Of a stretch of 64,000 nt of DNA, positions 13,201 to 25,200 are shown piece by piece; position 1 is the first letter of the stretch; the number at the start of each line of letters is the position of its first letter. The position numbers and the translations under genes were made by a program. Source of the stretch: Guillardia theta CCMP2712 (Eukaryota; Protista; Cryptophyta); the NCBI RefSeq assembly GCF_000315625.1, contig NW_005434656.1, positions 820,645-884,644 of the forward strand, given 5' to 3'. The notes under the pieces are model-generated. The model worked only from the letters and a program-made list of their open reading frames with translations. It ran no database searches and had not been told where the DNA came from.

Positions 13201-16200
13201 ACCTGGGGCTTGAGGGAGAACTGGAGGTCACCGGAGGGAGAGAGGGACAAGTCAAAGGCGCTCTCAAGGGTGGGGCCAGGGGAGCAGCTGACAAGTGAGA
13301 CGTGGAAGGTAACGCTCTGATACTGCTCGTTGGGCCCGGCACTCCAGGTGGCGAAGTCGGGGAGGTGGTAGCGTGACTCTGTAGAGTAGGGCTGGAGGGC
13401 CATGCGAGGATAGCAGTGCTGCGTGCTGTTGGGGCTCTCCGCAACGATCTCCACGTACTCGCTGACTGTCACCGTCAGCGTCGAGAAGTTGAAGGTTGGC
13501 GCGTTGTTGACTCCGAGGACGCGGATCAGGAAGTAGTGGGGGAGGGAAAGGTTGTGCCCTCCTTGAGCCGTTCCACCGTTGTCTTGCAGGTAGAGAGCAA
13601 AGCACACTGTCCCGTTGACGAAGGGGCGGGAGGTAAAAGTCAGGTTCCCGTCACTGGCTACCTGCGGGTAGCTGCCGATTTCGAACAGCTCCTGCCCGCT
13701 GGTCAGGTAATCTTGCTCGACGAGGCCGGAGCAGCGAGAGACGTTGGCTTCTACGAGTTGGAACGAGTAGACCTGCGACCTCTCATCGACCTGGCAGGAG
13801 TTGTCCCCGGAAGAAATGTTCTCAGCCAACAGCAAGGAGTGGAGTTGTGCTGCAGCATCCGCCTCGTGCACCTCAACTACCTCCTGCGCCAGCTCGAATG
13901 ATGGCCTGTTGTTCACGGGGAGTATCCTGAAACACAGTCGGTCAGCAGTGTGAGGGGTTGAGAAACTGGTTTGGAACGAGCACGGCAAGGGAAAGCGAGC
14001 AGCAGGGAACGAGGAGGGGATTTGAAGCAATGGCATACCTGATCTCTAGCGGGTGTACTCTTGAGGTGTTGCAGCCGCCATGGAGGGTTCCCCCGTCGTC
14101 TACCAGGGTCACGTTGTACGTCGCCACTCCGTTCCTGTACGGGGTTTGATGGAGGTGTAAAGTCCCATCGGCAGACATCCACATGGTCTGGTTGTATTGG
14201 CGGACGGAGCACACGAGCGATTGGGAGCAGGCGACACACTCAGCTCGGGCGAAGAGATCTTGACTTGCATCTGCTGGGACGATGACGAACGACAGAAGCT
14301 GAGAAGCCTCGTTGTACGGCGCGCCTTGATGGCCTGGCACTCCAGCTGATATGTTCACCGCCATGGTGAGCTCCAGGTCGGCCGGCGCGCTGGTTTCAGT
14401 GAGGTCGAGTAGCGGGAGGACGAGGTCGAACAGCGGGCAGTTGTTCACAGGTACAACAGTGACATTGAAGTCGATGCAAGTGGTGTTCTGGTACATCATG
14501 TCGTCTACTATGCACACCTTGAACAAGACAAGGCCGTTGAAGTATGGCTGCGTCTTGAGCTGAAGCTCGGCGCTCTTGCCGCTGATGACAAACGAGGCTG
14601 TCACCGCCTCCGCCTGGCTGACCTCGAACCTCAGGGTCCAGTTCTGTGTAACAAGCTCGTCGTAAGCATTTGCAGGCCCCGGAAGGATGTCATGAAGGAA
14701 GGCAGGGTACTGGTAGAGCTGATCGACATACATGCCCTCGTCTATGGTGATGAGACTGGTAGACAGCTGAAACGTCGGCGGGTCGTTGACAGGGTATACC
14801 ACTACCTCAAACGAGTGAACCTGCGAAAGATCGTGTCCGTTCAGAGCCACCCCGCCATTGTCCTGAGCGAAGATCTCAAAGTGCGCAACTCCGTTCATGT
14901 TCTGCGCCAGCTGGCAGCTCAGGTAGCCAGTGGAGTTGACCGTGACAGGCTGCTGGAAGAGAGCCGGGGAGCCCTGCGTCTGTGTGACGTTGAAGGTCAG
15001 CTGCTGCTCAGCCTCTTGGGGGATCCAGGGAGGCCCAGTGGAGATGTCACTGGCAAAGTCGTTGACGTGGCAGGCATGATCCTCGAGCAGCTCGTACTTG
15101 GACTGGACTGAGAAGGATGGAGGCTGGTTGACGTAATTGACAAGCACGTTGATCGCCTGCGACTGGGAGGTGTTGACTCCCTGCCGTAGCACTCCCCCGT
15201 CATCGACCAGGTGGACGTTGAGCACAGCGATTCCAATCCTGTTGATGTCCAACGTGAAGGACAAGTTGCCATCGGCAGTCAGGACCGGCGCGTTCAGCAG
15301 GACGGCACTGGAGTCTTCCGCGACCTCTACGATGAAAGTGACCGTCTGCCACAGCTCGTACGTGTCTCCAGGAGAGATGTCGTATGCGAAGTGAGGTATC
15401 AGCACCTGACCGTAGTTCTGAGGCAGGACGACGACGTGCGGGAGGGCAGACTCAGAGCACTCGCAGAGGTAGACGGACTGGCGCAGCGAGAGGTATGGAG
15501 CGTTGTTGACGTACAAGATCGTTATGGGTAGAACTGTCGTCACAGAGCTGTCTATTCCTCCGTTGGCCAGCCCCCCGTCATCCTGAAGGAAGTAGCTGAT
15601 TGAGATTTCCTCGTACATGTAGGGCTGTAAGGAAAAGGTCAGGCGCCCGGACGTGGAGATCTGAGGAGCCACGAGGAAGAAATCGCTGTAGGCAGTATCG
15701 ACGACAAAGGTGATGGATTGATAACCCTCGTTCTCCGGGCCCGGCGACGCGTTCTGGACTATGACCGAGTCGAACACCCCATGTTCGTCGATTGTCACTG
15801 AAGTTTGAAGCACCTCAAACGTTGGAGGGTCGTTGACTGGGATGACTTCAAGCATGGATGTGTACCACGTTGACAAGTCTCTGCCTTGATTCGCTGTCCC
15901 TCCGTTGTCCTGGAGCTGGACGCCCAAGGAGATCGGTCCGTTCTGATTCAGGATGGTCTGGATGGTGAGCAGGCCCGCGCTGCTGAGAGCGAGGTCGGCA
16001 ATGTCGGAGGGGGAAGGAGACAAGAGGAAGGTAAGCTCCTGGTACTGCTCGTTGGGAGGGCCGGCAGAGATGTTGTAAGCGAAACCTGAGATGTTCGTCT
16101 CCCCTGAATCTTCGAGGATCCGGTTGTATGGGAGGAGGGAGAAGGTGGGAGGGTCGTTGACGTACTGCACGTCCACCTCGAAGTACTTGGTGAGGGAGGG

Positions 16201-19200
16201 AACAAACCTGTTCAGGTCGTTCCGAGCGAAGGACACGGAAAACCTGAGCAGCCCGGAGCAAAAGGGGACGAGGGAGAGCTCGAGGGAGGCAACAGAGCAC
16301 TTCAGGAAGCAGTCTCTTGCAACGGCTGTCATGTTGTCAACGCAGTTCTGCTTGACTGAAGAACCTGGCGACGGGACGATGTCGACCAGAGAAATGTTGA
16401 ACTGGACCTGCTCCTCCCCGTCGGTGCTGATGGATGTGTCCATTGGGGCGCTGATGTTCTGAAAGAAGCTTTCAATCACGATCCGAGGCAGAGACACGTT
16501 GGTCTCGTTGAAAAGAAGAGTGTCGGACTGGACGTCAAAGTGCTCGCCGTGGCTGACCTTGTAGATCGATACGTCCTCGAGGACGAGCTTGGACGACACG
16601 TTCTTGGCCTCCAGGTTTCTGACCTGAGCGACGCTCCCCAGGATGGAAGGAGAGTAGACCCGAAGGAGGAGTGCCTTTCCTGCTGCACTTGCGTTGACAA
16701 GTTCCAGCTGCGTCAGACGCGGATCGATTCGAAGGTATTCCAGCAGGTCATAATCACCAAACTTGACAAGTGAGATCAGCGTGTAGCATTTGAGCACGTA
16801 CAAGCTGACGGTCTGTACCGCCGACTCGTTGCAGCCGGGTGGAGATGTCTTTCCATCATCTGTCAACAACACGGACATGTTCACAGCCCCCCCAACGTCA
16901 TTTGCTGCCTTGAACTGCAAAGTGCCATCACTTGCTATGGATGGGGGAGTGGAGAAGAACATCTCGACATCCATGTCCGCCCACCCGAGCGCTGAGTCCG
17001 TCTTGATCGACTCAAAGTTGACAAGGAAAGTCAAACTCTGAGTTAGCTCCACATTCACTCCCTCGAGGTTGACCGTGTACCCAGCGGAGACGTTGGGGAG
17101 GGCGGAAGAGAAGAGCGGGTGGTTCTGGAACACGAGGACAGAAGCCCCCCAGCAACCCTCCTGCCAGTCGGAGGGGGGAGGAGCAGGAGGGCAGAGCTCG
17201 AAGGAGGGCCGTTGGTTGATATGGGTGACTTGGAACGAAAACTCTCCGACAAAAGACTGAGACTGCTGGTCGTCGACGGTCAAGTTGAACTGAACCAGGC
17301 CGACCACTGCTGGCCGCACACAAACCACGAGGCTTTTGTTGGAGTTGTACCAGGTGATCTGCTGCTCTATTAGAGCGTTGAAGTCATGCGCGCTCGCTGC
17401 GCTCAACGTCGGCACGACCACTTGGTTCACCTCATCGCAGGATCTGTACATGGAGCCCGAGTAGTTGGAGACGACGTCGGGGATGTGGAAGCAGGTGGGA
17501 ACAGTGCTTTCGCAGCTCTCCTGAGGCAAGGCGACGAAGGGTTTCACAAGTTGGGCCGAAGGAGGGTCGTTAACCGGCAGCACGTGCACGGTAACGAGCC
17601 TGCGCGGAGAGGAGCCGTTGAGGCTGTCAAAGAGTGTCAGGTTCAGACTGACTAGCCCGTTGCCGTGCTCAGTGAATCGCAGGAATAAGGTGCCGCTCGC
17701 GTTGACCTGCGGGATGCCCACCAGGAGTGGGGAGGGGATACAGTCTCCTGTCTGTGTGGCCGTCGTTGGGTATTCCTTGTACCCCGTGATGAAGGAGACA
17801 GTTTGTGCTGACTCTGGCCAGTCTTCACCTTTCGGGCCGAAGACGGTCAGGTTGGGCCCGGACAGGATGTTGTCGGCGATGACTATCTCGCATGCCTCGT
17901 GGAAGCACTCTCCCTCCGCGAAGTCGAGGTGGCTTTTCAGCAGGTTAAAGGACGGGTTGGTGTTCTGGCTCGCTATGATCACAGTGACATTGTAGCGCTG
18001 CTGCTCGAAGACCTGGAAACCAAAGTCGTTGACCTTAAGAATCAGCTCAAACCTGGTCGTTCCAAACACTCCCGCCTTAGGCTCCAACACCAACACTCCA
18101 ACATCCTCAACGCTCGGGCAGGTGTACAGGTACTGCAGCGCATCCTCTGGGCAGGACGTCGAGTACTCGATGGTGCTGTAGACAGCAGGAAGGGCAAACA
18201 TGGGGACGATCGACTGGGTCTCGTAGCAGACTCGCACCCGCTCCTGCACCTCGTGCATGTTGAGAGTGATCCCGGAGGTCAGGTCAGTGTAGCTGCTCGC
18301 GCTCAAGATCTGGACCTGGAAGTTCTTGATGTCGCTATAGTCGACTCCTCCGAACTCCGTCCCTCCATCGTCCCTCAGCTGGACCTCGAGGGTCACGAGG
18401 CCGAACACGTTGGCTGGGATGGAGAAGCTGACGAGCCCAGAGGAGTCGATCGCAATGCTCGAGAAGATGTTCGCGGGAGTGGTCCGGACGTGGAACGTAA
18501 CATTCTGCGACCTCTCGTACTCAATCTCCGACCCGTCCTGTGCCCTTCCCTTGAAGATCTCAGTGGCGAACTGAAATGGCCCCCACTCCCTGTCTACGTG
18601 GCTGCCGTTGATAGTGAGGGAAGTGCCTCTGAAGGATGGGGGCCGATTGATCTGGATTACCTTCACCTCCCCCCTCCCACGTTGCCTGTTCGCCACTGAC
18701 ATGTAGATTGGACTCCACTCAGCACCGTCCACTGACTGCAGGAGGTCGACAGAGACGTTGACGGGCGAAAAGGCGTTCCAGGTCGTGGAGATCTCAGAGG
18801 AGAGGGCAGGGGCTACGCACACGACGGCAGTTGGATCTTTGGCTCCCACCGTCTCGATCTCCGAGGTGGCTCCAGTGGAGTAACGGCACTTGTACTGGCA
18901 CGGCTGGCAGAAGCCGAAGCCATGGATGGTGATGGTGGCAACTCGCAAGGTGGTCGGGGATACGTCCAGGCTCCCGATCCTGTCGACGAATCCGGGAGAC
19001 TGATCCGTCCATTCTGGGTAGTAGTGGAAAGGCAATCCTAACGCGTTGGAGTAGTTGCTGGGGTCGAGCTTCAGGTAGACAGGGGCAAAGCTGCGATCGA
19101 GAACGGTGAACGAGACTAGAGAGGTAACAAGAATGGAGGGAGAGGAGCATGTCAGTGTGGTTGTGTTGACGTACAGAGCTGCTGCCCTCTTGATGCCGAA

Positions 19201-22200
19201 CTTGCACGAGTAGCTAAAATTCTGACGAAAGCCGTTGCCAGTCACAGTCACAAGGTCGCCTCCACGGGCAGATCCATTGGAGGGAGAGACTTGCGAGAAG
19301 ATCTCGAGGATGGCGAAGGAGTTGAAGTGAGAGCTGTCCTGCACCAGGGAGAAGTTCCCTTCATAGAGCTTCACCGGCGACGGGTCGATCGCACTCCCGA
19401 CCCAGCCCAGCGGCGTGAAGCACAGCAGGACGGTATAGGAGACAACCTCAGCCGGGAATTGATACCCCGCGATCTCGCAGATGTACGAAGTGTTCTGAAA
19501 CCCAGCTCCCCTTACTGTGATCACTTGACCGCCGTCGGCAAAGATCGTCTTGGGGCCCGAGAGGGAAGAGTTCCACACGGTTAGGAAGGAGACGCTGCAG
19601 CACCTGCTGAGGTCCAGCAAGCAGAAGTCAAACACTAGGATCGTTCCTTTCTGTGTTAAAGAAAACTCAACAAGCCCTGACGAGTAGGATAGCCCCCACG
19701 GCGGAGTCAGGCAGCTCAGCGACGTCGAGTTCCTCGCATGCGCCTCCGTGCACATCCTCTCCTCCCCCCGGCTGAAGCAGCACTCGTACCCCTGAGAGAT
19801 GTAGTCCAGCCCGAAGCCCCTCACCAGGATCTCCGTCTCTCCGCTCGCTGGCCCGGTGACGCACCCGCTCTCGCTGCCTACCAGGCTGTCCCAACCCTGC
19901 GTGAAGTCGAACGTCCTCGCTGACTCGTTGGTCCCCTCGTACGTGATCGCCTCTACGCCCTCGCTTCCGTTGACCCTGAGGATGATGGAGAAGTTCACCG
20001 CCTGGTAGTTGTACAGCCATTGCGGACTCGTGCAGTACATCCGGTCATACATGCCTTCCACCAGCGTCGCCTCTACCTCAAGTGGTCCGAACACACACCG
20101 GTACCCCTTGAGCATGTAGTCGAAGCCCACTCCAAGCACCTCGATTCTCAGCCCGCCTGCTGCTGGGGCTGCCGATGCGTTCCTGCTCAGCCAGTGCGCG
20201 GAGAAGTAGAAGCTGCTGTCCCCAAGCACCGTCACGGCTTGTGACGCGCACGAGTAGTTTGCCGGCACCTTCACCCGCACGCTCATCGTCAAGCTCCGCG
20301 CCTCAAGCAGCCACGCCGGGCTGATGCAGACAAGCTTCGTCGTCGACTCCGGCAGCACAGCCTCTGATGCCGCGATCCCTCCGAAGTCGCACACGTACTC
20401 CTCCTCCAGCCTGAAGCCGGACCCCGCTACCTCCAGCGCTACTCCCCCCGACGAGGTCGACGTGGTGGGGCTCACGCTCGCAAACACGTCCATGAACTGA
20501 TACAGGCAGCCCGAGCTGTTGCCTTCCCGGCAGAAGATGGTGATGTTCTCCTCGCCCTTGGCTTGTCTCAGGCTTACCACGCACTCAACAAGCCCTGACG
20601 AGTAGGATAGCCCCCACGGCGGAGTCAGGCAGCTCAGCGACGTCGAGTTCCTCGCATGCGCCTCCGTGCACATCCTCTCCTCCCCCCGGCTGAAGCAGCA
20701 CTCGTACCCCTGAGAGATGTAGTCCAGCCCGAAGCCCCTCACCAGGATCTCCGTCTCTCCGCTCGCTGGCCCGGTGACGCACCCGCTCTCGCTGCCTACC
20801 AGGCTGTCCCAACCCTGCGTGAAGTCGAACGTCCTCGCTGACTCGTTGGTCCCCTCGTACGTGATCGCCTCTACGCCCTCGCTTCCGTTGACCCTGAGGA
20901 TGATGGAGAAGTTCACCGCCTGGTAGTTGTACAGCCATGGCGGACTCGTGCAGTACATCCGGTCATACATGCCCTCCACCAGCGTCGCCTCTACCTCAAG
21001 TGGTCCGAACACACACCGGTACCCCTTGAGCATGTAGTCGAAGCCCACTCCAAGCACCTCGATTCTCAGCCCGCCTGCTGCTGGGGCTGCCGATGCGTTC
21101 CTGCTCAGCCAGTGCGCGGAGAAGTAGAAGCTGCTGTCCCCAAGCACCGTCACGGCTTGTGACGCGCACGAGTAGTTTGCCGGCACCTTCACCCGCACGC
21201 TCATCGTCAAGCTCGCGCTCAGCAGCCACGCCGGCTGATGCAGACAGCTTCGTCGTCGACTCCGGCAGCACAGCCTCTGANNNNNNNNNNNNNNNNNNNN
21301 NNNNNNNNNNNNNNNNNNNNNNNNNNNNNNNNNNNNNNNNNNNNNNNNNNNNNNNNNNNNNNNNNNNNNNNNNNNNNNNNACGAGGTCGACGTGGTGGGG
21401 CTCACGCTCGCAAACACGTCCATGAACTGATACAGGCAGCCCGAGCTGTTGCCTTCCCGGCAGAAGATGGTGATGTTCTCCTCGCCCTTGGCTTGTCTCA
21501 GGCTTACCACGCATGGGCCTGGCAGAGCTCCGTAGCGAGACCCCCAGGGCGGAGTCAGGCAGCTCAGCGACGTCGAGTTCCTCGCATGCGCCTCCGTGCA
21601 CATCCTCTCCTCCCCCCGGCTGAAGCAGCACTCGTACCCCTGAGAGATGTAGTCCAGCCCGAAGCCCCTCACCAGGATCTCCGTCTCTCCGCTCGCTGGC
21701 CCGGTGACGCACCCGCTCTCGCTGCCTACCAGGCTGTCCCAACCCTGCGTGAAGTCGAACGTCCTCGCTGACTCGTTGGTCCCCTCGTACGTGATCGCCT
21801 CTACGCCCTCGCTTCCGTTGACCCTGAGGATGATGGAGAAGTTCACCGCCTGGTAGTTGTACAGCCATGGCGGACTCGTGCAGTACATCCGGTCATACAT
21901 GCCCTCCACCAGCGTCGCCTCTACCTCAAGTGGTCCGAACACACACCGGTACCCCTTGAGCATGTAGTCGAAGCCCACTCCAAGCACCTCGATTCTCAGC
22001 CCGCCTGCTGCTGGGGCTGCCGATGCGTTCCTGCTCAGCCAGTGCGCGGAGAAGTAGAAGCTGCTGTCCCCAAGCACCGTCACGGCTTGTGACGCGCACG
22101 AGTAGTTTGCCGGCACCTTCACCCGCACGCTCATCGTCAAGCTCCGCGCCTCAAGCAGCCACGCCGGGCTGATGCAGACAAGCTTCGTCGTCGACTCCGG

Positions 22201-25200
22201 CAGCACAGCCTCTGATGCCGCGATCCCTCCGAAGTCGCACACGTACTCCTCCTCCAGCCTGAAGNNNNNNNNNNNNNNNNNNNNNNNNNNNNNNNNNNNN
22301 NNNNNNNNNNNNNNNNNNNNNNNNNNNNNNNNNNNNNNNNNNNNNNNNNNNNNNNNNNNNNNNNCGAGGTCGACGTGGTGGGGCTCACGCTCGCAAACAC
22401 GTCCATGAACTGATACAGGCAGCCCGAGCTGTTGCCTTCCCGGCAGAAGATGGTGATGTTCTCCTCGCCCTTGGCTTGTCTCAGGCTTACCACGCATGGG
22501 CCTGGCAGAGCTCCGTAGCGAGACCCCCAGGGCGGAGTCAGGCAGCTCAGCGACGTCGAGTTCCTCGCATNNNNNNNNNNNNNNNNNNNNNNNNNNNNNN
22601 NNNNNNNNNNNNNNNNNNNNNNNNNNNNNNNNNNNNNNNNNNNNNNNNNNNNNNNNNNNNNNNNNNNNNNNNNNNNNNNNNNNNNNNNNNNNNNNNNNNN
22701 NNNNNNNNNNNNNNNNNNNNNNNNNNNNNNNNNNNNNNNNNNNNNNNNNNNNNNNNNNNNNNNNNNNNNNNNNNNNNNNNNNNNNNCGCCCTCGTTAACA
22801 CCAAGACCCTGAGGATGATGGAGAAGTTCACCGCCTGGTAGTTGTACAGCCATGGCGGACTCGTGCAGTACATCCGGTCATACATGCCCTCCACCAGCGT
22901 CGCCTCTACCTCAAGTGGTCCGAACACACACCGGTACCCCTTGAGCATGTAGTCGAAGCCCACTCCAAGCACCTCGATTCTCAGCCCGCCTGCTGCTGGG
23001 GCTGCCGATGCGTTCCTGCTCAGCCAGTGCGCGGAGAAGTAGAAGCTGCTGTCCCCAAGCACCGTCACGGCTTGTGACGCGCACGAGTAGTTTGCCGGCA
23101 CCTTCACCCGCACGCTCATCGTCAAGCTCCGCGCCTCAAGCAGCCACGCCGGGCTGATGCAGACAAGCTTCGTCGTCGACTCCGGCAGCACAGCCTCTGA
23201 TGCCGCGATCCCTCCGAAGTCGCACACGTACTCCTCCTCCAGCCTGAAGCCGGACCCCGCTACCTCCAGCGCTACTCCCCCCGACGAGGTCGACGTGGTG
23301 GGGCTCACGCTCGCAAACACGTCCATGAACTGATACAGGCAGCCCGAGCTGTTGCCTTCCCGGCAGAAGATGGTGATGTTCTCCTCGCCCTTGGCTTGCC
23401 TCAGGCTTACCACGCATGGGCCTGGCAGAGCTCCGTAGCGAGACCCCCAGGGCGGAGTCAGGCAGCTCAGCGACGTCGAGTTCCTCGCATGCGCCTCCGT
23501 GCACATCCTCTCCTCCCCCCGGCTGAAGCAGCACTCGTACCCCTGAGAGATGTAGTCCAGCCCGAAGCCCCTCACCAGGATCTCCGACCCTCCGCTCGCT
23601 GGCCCGGTGACGCACCCGCTCTCGCTGCCTACCAGGCTGTCCCAACCCTGCGTTAGCAGCAGGATCCTGTCCGTCTGGTTGGCTGGCCCTAACAGCAGCT
23701 GGACAGTTCCTGGGGTTTCTTCTGCTTCGACCGAGACGTTGACATAGCCGTAGGGGAACAGCCAAGGCAGGAGGAAGAACTTCAAACTCCTTGAGCTGGT
23801 CAGGGAGACGTTGGCTGCGAGGCGAAGTTCGCCTCGTTCATCCCTCAGCACGAGCGAGTAACTGATGGAAGGGAGGAAGCCGTAGCCTTGAACCTCCAGC
23901 AGGTCCCCACCTCTCGCTGGGGTCACGGTGGGTCGGATCAGCTTCCACTCATGGAACAAAAAGATCTCGACGTGTTTGATGCTCACGTTGCAGAGTGAAG
24001 GCAACTCGTTCTGCCCCACGTAGGCCGAGTAGTTGGCATGGCCTAAAACCGGGTACCTTTGACCACTGACGTTTTGCCATAGTGAGACATTTACAAAATC
24101 CTGATGGTAAGGCCATGACGCAACCTCGCACGCAATCAATGTCGAGTCGACGACTCTTGCCCCGAGGGAGTACATGAAGCCGTAGCTGCTCGTGAAGACA
24201 CAGAAGAAAGTCGCTCGGTCACTGAAGCCCTGTCCCTCTACCATCACCTCCCAGCCCCCGCCAGCCGGCCCCGAGGTCGTGCTGGGGGAGATCGAGGCCC
24301 AGTCCGTGTAGAAGTAGACGTCGCAGTCAGAGCCGCACTGAGTTTGGTACACGCTCTGGTAGGAGATCTCCCAGTCAGACTGATAGGCAACCACTCGCAC
24401 AGGCTCATCAGGAGGGTCCGAGCAGGTCAGGGCCTCGACCCACGAGCCTCCGAACCTGCTCCCCCAACTCGTCGTGTGGGAGCAACGAAGTTTGACGTCA
24501 CTGACGGCAGAGCAGCCCACTGTGAGGTTCTGACTACCCCGAACAAGGAGCACGTGGTACGAGGAGTTGAAATCGAAGCCTGACCCGGCCAGCTCCAGCA
24601 CAATCCCTGAAGAGGCCGGAAGGGTATGGGTAAAGGAGGGATCGATTCCGCGGAAGGATTCGACGAGCTCCAAGGCAAGGGAACCCCCGACACTGTAAGT
24701 GACGTTGGTCAACCCGGCCACAGTCAGTTGTACTACCCCAGCTGCCTGTCGCCAGACTGGAATGGTGCAAGATGCGAAGGATGTGTTAATGAGTGTCAGC
24801 GGAGTTGTCAGTTGATACCCCTTCCTCGTGAACACGCACTCGTACTCGCCGTGGATGTCAAACCAGGAGGCCTCGAGCAAGACTGAATTGTTTCCTCCTA
24901 GCAAGACACTGGTCGGTTCTACTTTGACCAGGTTTGACGATGACTCGAATGGCAGGACATGAAAAATAAACGGAAGCTGATCAAAAGCAACAGGAACTTT
25001 CTCGTAGAACTTGACAGCAAGACTCTCGTAGCTCCCTTCCATCCCTGCTTTTGATCCCCAGTATCCCTGCTCGATGATGTTGATGTTCGAGAGGTTCGTG
25101 ACGTCGAGAAGAAAGAATTCTTCTCTGACTCTTACTATGTCTGTCTTCACCACAGCTTCTAGCAAAGTCTCTGACACGTTCCCTCCACCTCCGGCAAGAA

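Noticed and set aside
21205-21280. Frame disruption within a repeat copy (QRLCCRSRRRS)
   Set aside because: Small deletions next to an N gap; likely low-quality contig end.
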